This document shows positions 57,255-64,000 of a stretch of DNA of 64,000 bases, piece after piece; the stretch's first letter is position 1; each line of letters starts with the position of its first letter. The stretch spans positions 115,954 to 179,953 of the forward strand of contig CAZGFX010000003.1 of assembly GCA_964524845.1 (NCBI GenBank), read 5' to 3'. The stretch is from an uncultured Gammaproteobacteria bacterium (GTDB taxonomy: Bacteria; Patescibacteriota; Patescibacteriia; CAZGFX01). Below the pieces are notes generated by a model that saw only the letters and a list, made by a program, of their open reading frames with translations, had not been told where the DNA came from and did no database searches. Made by a program: the position numbers and the translations under genes.

Positions 57255-58682
57255 TTATGAAGCGTATAATCGCTGACGTATGAGATCGAGATCGTTTCTA
57301 AGTTTTTCGTCTGCTGAAAGATCCTCAGAAACCTTCGAATAAGCATGGATAGCTGTCGTATGATCTCTTCCTCCAAGCTGGTGTCCAATGCTTGGATATG
57401 AGGCTTTTAGCTCTTCTCGCATAAGATACATGGCAATCTGACGCGGTGTAACGAGTTCTTTTTTTCGACTCGGCCCCTTAAGGTCTTCAACACTGATATC
57501 AAAATAATTCGCAACATTCTCCATGAGTACTTTTGGTGTTACACTTCCTTTTTTCGGAGAAGAAGCTATGTTCGATAATATGTCTTTTACTGAATCTAGT
57601 GTTATTTGTTTATTTTCGAGCTGGTGTTGGGCTATGATTCGATTAAGGGCTCCTTCTAGCTCTCTGATGTTTGTTGATATGTTCTGAGCAATAAAATGAA
57701 TAATTTCTCCATCGAGGTTATAGTGACGCTCCTGACATTTTTTCATAAGAATCGCAACACGAGTTTCGAGATCCGGCACACCAATATCAGCTATCATTCC
57801 CCACTCAAAACGAGAAATAAGACGTTGTTCAATGGATGAGAGCATTTTTGGAGCACGGTCAGATGTCAAAACAACCTGCTTATTTGTTTGATGCAAAACA
57901 TTAAATGTATGAAAAAACTCTTCTTGTGTTTGTTCTTTTCCAGCAATAAACTGAATATCATCGATTAATAATGCGTCAGCGGATCTATATTTGTTTTTAA
58001 AACGATCGATTGTGTTTGATTTAATTGCCGAAACAAACTCGTTTGTAAATTGTTCAGAAGTAACATATACGACATTTGCTTTTGGGTTGTTTTTCTTAAT
58101 TTTGTTTCCGACGGCTTGCATAAGATGTGTTTTTCCAAGACCGACACCACCATATAAAAATAATGGATTGTATGAAAAACCTGGATTTTCAGCCACAGCC
58201 ATACACGCAGCGTTTGCAAGTTCATTTCCTTTTCCTACAACAAAACTATCAAAAACATATTTTGGGTTAAGTCCTGTTGAGTCTGATTGAATCATTGGTT
58301 GAGAACGTATTACAACAGAAGGAGGGGTAATGGTTCGCTTCGGCATCGTACTTAAAGAAGAAACATCAACTGGTTCTTCTTGTGGTTTTTCTTTTAATAA
58401 ATTTTCAATTGGTTCGTGTTGCGATTGTGTTGGTTTACTTGCCACCTTAAAATTAACATCTTTAATTTCAATTGGGGAAACCTTCTTGAGTGTCTGGAGA
58501 ATCTCTTTACGATATTTCTGTTCAAGCCATGATTTGGTAAATCCGTTTGGAACTCCGACGGTTACCACACCCTCATCAAACATGTCGACAAAAGTACTTT
58601 TGAACCACGTTGTAAAATTAGCCTTGCTTAAAGAGAGTTCGAGTTCGGCGAGAACCGCCTTCCACAAAGAGAGATTATCCAT
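57255..58682 (-). CDS. dnaA: chromosomal replication initiator DnaA
   Basis: AAA+ Walker A 'GGVGLGKTHL', sensor motifs, and the C-terminal DnaA-box-binding domain '...RDHTTAIHA'. Start placed at the internal 'MDNLSLWK'. Confidence 0.9.
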   Translation of the reverse strand: MDNLSLWKAVLAELELSLSKANFTTWFKSTFVDMFDEGVVTVGVPNGFTKSWLEQKYRKEILQTLKKVSPIEIKDVNFKVASKPTQSQHEPIENLLKEKPQEEPVDVSSLSTMPKRTITPPSVVIRSQPMIQSDSTGLNPKYVFDSFVVGKGNELANAACMAVAENPGFSYNPLFLYGGVGLGKTHLMQAVGNKIKKNNPKANVVYVTSEQFTNEFVSAIKSNTIDRFKNKYRSADALLIDDIQFIAGKEQTQEEFFHTFNVLHQTNKQVVLTSDRAPKMLSSIEQRLISRFEWGMIADIGVPDLETRVAILMKKCQERHYNLDGEIIHFIAQNISTNIRELEGALNRIIAQHQLENKQITLDSVKDILSNIASSPKKGSVTPKVLMENVANYFDISVEDLKGPSRKKELVTPRQIAMYLMREELKASYPSIGHQLGGRDHTTAIHAYSKVSEDLSADEKLRNDLDLIRQRLYAS

Positions 58683-59131
58683 GGGATTTTTTGTTAGTTT
58701 TTTATGTGCAGCCAAAATATAACAGAATAAGAACACACACTCAATCTCATATGAGTACAAGTAGGTGTTAATTCTGTTGATAACACATTTGCATTTTTTT
58801 CAAAGTAGTATTAAGAAGAAATGAAAAAAACAAAAAGAAGGGCGGTGATTGAAATGAATGTGTTTATTGAATTATTAAAAGACTTTTTTAGTCTTGTGTT
58901 GTTATTAGTAATAGCCGGGGTGTTTCTGAATGTTTTAAACAGGTTTCTCTCCACAACGAACACCACCGATGAATCCGAAACAAAAAAAAACATAATATCA
59001 ACTAAAAAAACAAAGCATCCTAAATTGGGTGTTTTTTTATTTATATATAAATTAAGTGTTTTTATTAAAAATGGCTTACACCATTGACTAAAAGACTTCT
59101 TTAATATATTATCCATTTGTTATACTAATAT

Positions 59132-59293
59132 ATGCCAAAAAGAAAGTATCAGCCGAAGAAACTAAAAAGGGCTCGAAAACACGGGTTTCTTTCGCGCATG
59201 TCTTCTCCAACAGGAAAGGGTGTGCTTGCTAGACGCAGAGCAAAAGGACGAAAGAAACTTACTGTTGCAGATGCTCGAAGTTACAAGAAATAA
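59132..59293 (+). CDS. rpmH: 50S ribosomal protein L34
   Basis: 53-aa ORF '[45 protein letters not shown]...'. It falls below the ORF-track length cutoff. Confidence 0.9.
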   Translation: MPKRKYQPKKLKRARKHGFLSRMSSPTGKGVLARRRAKGRKKLTVADARSYKK

Positions 59294-59302
59294 AAAAACA
59301 CC

Positions 59303-59644
59303 ATGCTTCCACGTATCAATCGTTTAAAAAAACAAATCGATTTTAAACGAGTTGCGACACGAGGACGTGGTTTTTTTATTTATGGAATTTCTTGTAAAAC
59401 ACTTCCTAACAGACTCCATGAAAGCAGATATGCAATTGTTGTTTCAAAAAAAACACATAAACACGCGACAAAAAGGAACTATATCAGAAGACGAATATCA
59501 GAAATAATAAGAAAAAACCAAACCGATTTTAAAAATGGTACCGATATTATTATTATGGTAAACAAAGACATTCTCAAAACCACTCATAAAGAATTACAAG
59601 AAATGGTTTTTAATCTGTTTAAAAAAGCTTTTCTATATAAATAA
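59303..59644 (+). CDS. rnpA: ribonuclease P protein component
   Basis: 'RINRLKKQIDFKRV', basic, about 113 aa, located directly after rpmH. Confidence 0.85.
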   Translation: MLPRINRLKKQIDFKRVATRGRGFFIYGISCKTLPNRLHESRYAIVVSKKTHKHATKRNYIRRRISEIIRKNQTDFKNGTDIIIMVNKDILKTTHKELQEMVFNLFKKAFLYK

Positions 59645-59648
59645 TATT

Positions 59649-59894
59649 ATGCATGCTTTTTTAATAAGAATCACCATAAAAACAATACAAATATACCAAA
59701 AAACAATCTCTTCGGATCATGGAGCCGGAAAATATATTAAACCACATCATCGATGTATTTTTTATCCATCGTGTTCGCAATATATGATTGATGCAATTGA
59801 AAAAAAGGGTTTACTTATCGGAATAACAAAGGGCGTGTATCGTATTCTACGATGCAATCCATTTAATAAGGGTGGGGTTGATTTGATTGAATGA
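59649..59894 (+). CDS. yidD: membrane protein insertion efficiency factor YidD
   Basis: 'SCSQYMIDAIEKKGLLIGITKGVYRILRCNPFNKGG'. Confidence 0.85.
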   Translation: MHAFLIRITIKTIQIYQKTISSDHGAGKYIKPHHRCIFYPSCSQYMIDAIEKKGLLIGITKGVYRILRCNPFNKGGVDLIE

Positions 59895-59986
59895 TTGTGT
59901 AATATGTAACAGAGGTATTGAAAAATACTGTAATATATAGTATTATTTGTTTGTTTTAAAAACTCGTACAATTTTAATTATAAAAT

Positions 59987-60742
59987 ATGTTCAACACACT
60001 TCTTGTTAATCCGTTGTTTAATGCGATGGTTTTTATATATGACATTCTTCCAAATCATGATATTGCGACAACAATTATTGTTTTGACTCTTATAATAAAA
60101 ATTATTCTCCTTCCTTTTGCTGCAAAAGCACATAAAAACGGCCTTAAACTTCAAAAAATCCAACCCGAGCTTGATGAAATACAAAAAAAACACAAGGACG
60201 ATAAACAAAAAGCAGGTGTTGAGATTATGGCTTTATATAAGAGAGAAGGAATTAGTTATACGTCTACATGTCTGACTCAGGTTATACAAATTGTTGTGCT
60301 CATAGCTATCTATAGAGTGTTTTATACTGGTCTCCACATAGACAAGTTAGATTCTTTATATAGTTTTATTCCTCGTCCAGAAATAATTAATACCGTTACT
60401 TATTTTGGAATTGATCTTGGTCAGCCTGTAATTGTTATTGCTGTTCTTGCTGGTATTGCTCAGTTTGTTCAGGCAAAAACAATGATGACCAAAAATATTA
60501 AAAAACCCGATTCCTCGACAAGCCAGATGCAATCAATGACCCAGTCGTTTGCGAAAAGCATGATGTATGTTGGGCCAATTTTAACAGTGTGGCTCGGAGC
60601 AAAATTTCCCGGAGCCTTAGCTTTGTATTGGCTGGTCTCGGTTGGTTTCTCGGCTATTCAACAAATCATAATAAACAAACACGTGAAACAAGAAATAATA
60701 AAAAATATCGAGCCACAAAAAACAATATCAGAAACACACTAG
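59987..60742 (+). CDS. yidC: YidC/Oxa1-family membrane protein insertase (short form)
   Basis: Five-TM core. Located after yidD. Confidence 0.8.
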   Translation: MFNTLLVNPLFNAMVFIYDILPNHDIATTIIVLTLIIKIILLPFAAKAHKNGLKLQKIQPELDEIQKKHKDDKQKAGVEIMALYKREGISYTSTCLTQVIQIVVLIAIYRVFYTGLHIDKLDSLYSFIPRPEIINTVTYFGIDLGQPVIVIAVLAGIAQFVQAKTMMTKNIKKPDSSTSQMQSMTQSFAKSMMYVGPILTVWLGAKFPGALALYWLVSVGFSAIQQIIINKHVKQEIIKNIEPQKTISETH

Positions 60743-61228
60743 AAAAACAGATCGTACACTAATGTATGGTCTGTTTTTTCAAACAAAACAAATTAAGTGA
60801 AATGAATATTTTTGAAGCATATATAAATTATTTTTTATTAGATAGTTTTTTTATATACTATAAACATGTTTATAAACATAATTATACACACTCATCTCAC
60901 AAATTGTTTTTTTAATAATTACAAGACGATAAACTCTTAATAACTGTGTTCGTATGTTTAGTATAAGTACATGTGAAGTATATGAATAAGTGTTGTTTTG
61001 TATGAGTATAAAAAAAGAGTTACACACCTGTCTTTTTTTACGTGTTAATATGTTTAAAAAAACAAAAACTTATGAACATACTTATCCTTTTTTTATTTTT
61101 TGTTTTTTTAAAAAAAACTATCTAACAAAGACCTTTTTTATTTTTTTTCTCGATATATCCACATATCCACTCCCTCTACTATCATTATTGATTTATATAA
61201 ATTAATATATACATAGAATATAGACCAT
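60743..61228. other. AT-rich intergenic region upstream of dnaN: candidate oriC / DNA-unwinding region
   Basis: About 485 bp, very AT-rich. Has 'atatatccacatatccac' (two overlapping TATCCAC DnaA-box-like motifs) and 'cttatcc'. Confidence 0.3.
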
Positions 61229-62335
61229 ATGAAATTAATTTGTACCCAGAAAAATCTTAAGAAGGGTTTATCAATAGTTGGAAGAGTTGCTTCAAAAAAC
61301 ACACACCTACCAATACTTGAAAATGTTCTTATTGAATCAAAAGAAGGTGTACTTAAACTTACATCAACAAATCTTGATATTGGTGTTTCTTGTATTGTTG
61401 CAGCAAAAATAGAAAAAGAAGGTTCTTTTACGGTTCCAGCAAGTCTTTTAAATTCATATATAGGACTTCAATCAGGAGATAAAGTCGAAATAGAAGTAGA
61501 AGATTCTATTCTTCATGTTATGTGTGGAGATAGTTCAACACACATGAAAGGAATTGATGCGCACGATTTTCCACATATGCCACAAATTAATGGAGGAATA
61601 TCTTTTTCTATACAAAGTAATACATTAAGAAACATTCTTCAAAAAGTTGTTTTTTCAATCAAATCAGATGATAATAGACCGGAAATAAGTGGTTTGTTTT
61701 TAAAAATAGAAAATAATAAATTATCTTTAGTCGGAACAGATAGTTATAGATTATCAGAATATAATTATAATCTAGAAGAACAAAACAACACACAAACAGA
61801 AATAATAATTCCATTAAAAACAATTCAGGAAGTACAACGTATTTTACCAGAAGAAAACACAATTGTTTTTATTACAATTGCTGATAATCAAATTTTATTT
61901 AAAACAGGTGATATTGAATTATTATCTCGTTTAATAGAAGGAAAATATCCAGATTACCAGCCTATTATACCAACAGAATCAAATATTGTTTGTGTTGTTG
62001 ATTCTGAAAAGTTTGCATCGCTTATAAAAACAGCATCGTTGTTTTCAAAACCAGGAATAAACGATATAAGAATATCTCTTCTTGGGGCTCAAAACGAACT
62101 GATTATAACATCTACAAACAACACAGTAGGAGAAAATATTTCAAAAATGCAGGCAAAAATAAAAGGAGGTGATGTGGATATTGTTTTTAATTATCGTTAT
62201 ATATTAGATGTACTTCCTCATTTGGAGAGCGATGAAGTTGTTTTGTTTTTATCAAATAATACAACAGCGGTTATTATTCGTGGAAAAGAAGATGAAAAAA
62301 ACTTTTTATATTTAGTTATGCCGATCAGACAATAA
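61229..62335 (+). CDS. dnaN: DNA polymerase III subunit beta (sliding clamp)
   Basis: 'MKLICTQKNLKKGLSIVGRV...PILENVLIE' canonical N-terminus. 368 aa. Confidence 0.9.
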   Translation: MKLICTQKNLKKGLSIVGRVASKNTHLPILENVLIESKEGVLKLTSTNLDIGVSCIVAAKIEKEGSFTVPASLLNSYIGLQSGDKVEIEVEDSILHVMCGDSSTHMKGIDAHDFPHMPQINGGISFSIQSNTLRNILQKVVFSIKSDDNRPEISGLFLKIENNKLSLVGTDSYRLSEYNYNLEEQNNTQTEIIIPLKTIQEVQRILPEENTIVFITIADNQILFKTGDIELLSRLIEGKYPDYQPIIPTESNIVCVVDSEKFASLIKTASLFSKPGINDIRISLLGAQNELIITSTNNTVGENISKMQAKIKGGDVDIVFNYRYILDVLPHLESDEVVLFLSNNTTAVIIRGKEDEKNFLYLVMPIRQ

Positions 62336-62338
62336 TAT

Positions 62339-62626
62339 ATGAAACTATTATATTCAGACCTGGTTTTAAAAAAAGTTTTTACAGAGAGTGGTGAGTTTGT
62401 TGGTTATGTGAATAATATTACTTTTGATATTAATTCTTATACAATAATTTCCTTATACATATCGAAAAAGATTTTTTGGATATTCTTTTATAACACAATA
62501 CTAATAGATATCTTGTCTATTATTAGTATTACAAAAAACAAAATTATAATAAAAGACTCAACTGAAAAAACAAGTGTTTTTAATGATAATAAAAAAATAT
62601 CACACCAATTAGATGTGAGCACATAA
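62339..62626 (+). CDS. hypothetical small protein, possibly PRC-barrel-like
   Basis: 'LVLKKVFTESGEFVGYVNNITFDINSYTIISLYI' resembles a PRC-barrel pattern. Weak call. Confidence 0.3.
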   Translation: MKLLYSDLVLKKVFTESGEFVGYVNNITFDINSYTIISLYISKKIFWIFFYNTILIDILSIISITKNKIIIKDSTEKTSVFNDNKKISHQLDVST

Positions 62627-62687
62627 AAAACAATCAACGTCTCGTAAATAATATAAAACTGATTTGTTTTCGGTTAAAAACAAAAAA

Positions 62688-63449
62688 CTAGAACTCAAAA
62701 ACCCTATCAGGACCAACAATTATTTTTATGGCATTGTGAAGAACCTCTATGTGTGCTGGTGTTTTTATGATTTCGCCATCGTCTATGATGATAGAAACCG
62801 GTTTATTAGAGTCGCTAGATATGGTGATGTCTGATATTGAAAGTTGAGTATTTATTTTTTTCTTATGAAAAAACTTCTTCTCTTGTTCGAAAACAAACAA
62901 ATCAAGCGAACCATCCATGGGATTACCAAGTCCAAAAACATTGTTTTTTGTAGGTGAAAAATTTTGAATTGAAACAATATTATTATCAAGAAACTGAATC
63001 GAATACTTCGGTGTCGTCATGATTGTTTCGGGACTTGTTGTAAGTAAAATATTTTTAAAAAATATTTTTTCGTTTATTTTTCCAACATCAAACGGACGAG
63101 TGATTCTGCTTGATACAACCTCACATGCTTTTTCGATATCCTTCGGAACACCAAGTGTTTCTGCAATATTTGTGTTTTCTCCAATTGGAATATACCCGAC
63201 AGTTATTTTTTTATCGAGTGTTACCAATGCATTAATAACCCTGAAGAGCGTTTGATCATCACCAACCGCGACGACTGTGTGAATATTTTCGTGCGTGTGA
63301 AGACGAATACTCTCGGTAATGCTTTTTAGTGTGTTAAGCTTTGTAACAGATCCTTTTATATCAAGTGAAATAAGTTTTATTTCCATCTTATCTATGGCCT
63401 TCGCATATTTTGGTTTTTGAATAAAAGAATCATGAACGTATAAATACAT
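62688..63449 (-). CDS. diacylglycerol kinase catalytic-domain family lipid kinase (YegS/DagK-like)
   Basis: 'HTVVAVGDDQTLFRVINAL' and 'IPIGENTNIAETLG' (GGDGT- and GTGN-like motifs). Confidence 0.55.
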   Translation of the reverse strand: MYLYVHDSFIQKPKYAKAIDKMEIKLISLDIKGSVTKLNTLKSITESIRLHTHENIHTVVAVGDDQTLFRVINALVTLDKKITVGYIPIGENTNIAETLGVPKDIEKACEVVSSRITRPFDVGKINEKIFFKNILLTTSPETIMTTPKYSIQFLDNNIVSIQNFSPTKNNVFGLGNPMDGSLDLFVFEQEKKFFHKKKINTQLSISDITISSDSNKPVSIIIDDGEIIKTPAHIEVLHNAIKIIVGPDRVFEF

Positions 63450-63470
63450 ACCCTGTGTTTTTTAAGGGTA

Positions 63471-63818
63471 TTATTCCTCGTGATTATTATCGTAGTGTAC
63501 ACCGCCGGTTTCCAGGCGACCATTAATTACAGCTCCATGATCAACAGAAATATTTGTTGTTCTAATATCTCCTGTTACTATGGCCGTACCGTTTATTTTC
63601 AGTGTTTCTTTGACTGTGATATTTCCTTTTAATTTTCCTCCGATGGTTGCGTTTGAACAAGTTACAACAGCATTGACTTCGGCTGTTTCAGTAATTTCAA
63701 TGTTTTCGTTCGTATGAATTGTACCGTCGACAACGCCTTCGATTATAATATCGGAATCACCGACGAGATCACCAGTTAATTTAACTGATTGACCTATGAT
63801 AGTGTTCGATCCTTTCAT
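63471..63818 (-). CDS. bactofilin-family cytoskeletal protein
   Basis: Repetitive beta-helix pattern 'IIEGVVDGTIHTNENIEI...VVTCSNATIGGKLKGNITV...'. 115 aa. Confidence 0.7.
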   Translation of the reverse strand: MKGSNTIIGQSVKLTGDLVGDSDIIIEGVVDGTIHTNENIEITETAEVNAVVTCSNATIGGKLKGNITVKETLKINGTAIVTGDIRTTNISVDHGAVINGRLETGGVHYDNNHEE

Positions 63819-64000
63819 ATTAAGAAGTTTATATTATTAAAATATGGACAATACACACTGCTTATATTAATATGTACGCATACTAAAGTAAATATATTAT
63901 GAATACAGAAGGATTGCGGAAAGATGCTATATATTGCATAACAGTGAATTTTTTGATTATTGTCTTTATTGTAGTGCTTTATTTATCGAACATTAATGTT

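Noticed and set aside
1-64000. tRNA and rRNA genes
   Set aside because: I scanned the intergenic regions for T-loop ('ggttcgaatcc / gttcaaatc'), anticodon-stem cloverleaf candidates and 16S/23S hallmark sequences. None were found in this window.

Overview
The window looks like a low-GC, compact genome with Candidate Phyla Radiation (Patescibacteria)-like features. Genes are short and tightly packed, and many small secreted or membrane proteins have no recognisable family. Housekeeping genes recognised by motif: ruvA, uvrB, tmk, tig, nusA, a YraN-family protein, rnhB, gdh, trxA, yebC, ruvC, tyrS, cfa, a class A penicillin-binding protein, dnaA (on the minus strand), and rpmH-rnpA-yidD-yidC followed by dnaN. 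I found no rRNA, tRNA or CRISPR array.

The most unusual locus spans about 5.7-10.7 kb. A 578-aa gene encodes an IS110-family (DEDD/Tnp) recombinase homolog. By eye its catalytic Asp, Glu and Ser positions appear substituted, and it carries an extra ~230-aa coiled-coil tail. One noncoding transcription unit lies upstream of it and three lie downstream, each with its own promoter and terminator. Together they carry seven copies of a ~315-bp module. Each module contains four long hairpins whose stems and central palindromes are conserved, while ~10-14 nt internal-loop segments differ between copies. This architecture resembles the guide loops of IS110 bridge RNAs, but here it is arrayed and mosaic. 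I flag it as a candidate RNA-guided system derived from IS110. The alternative is an IS110-like gene sitting in a palindromic repeat array.

Other notable items:
- A dispersed hairpin repeat family built on 'acattgtcatcctgaac' and its inverse 'ttcaggatct' occurs at eight or more sites. One pair of blocks flanks a GIY-YIG nuclease gene.
- A RAYT/IS200-like Y1 transposase gene carries an in-frame palindromic tandem-repeat insertion.
- Eight tandem paralogs resemble TrbC/VirB2-type T4SS pilins, several with Cys-rich C-terminal domains.
- Two unknown Cys-tailed proteins are paralogs and share a flanking DNA motif.
- A ~620-bp noncoding stretch has a perfect hairpin and a terminator.
- Two small islands have elevated GC.
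- There are two candidate origin regions around the dnaA / rpmH-yidC / dnaN cluster.
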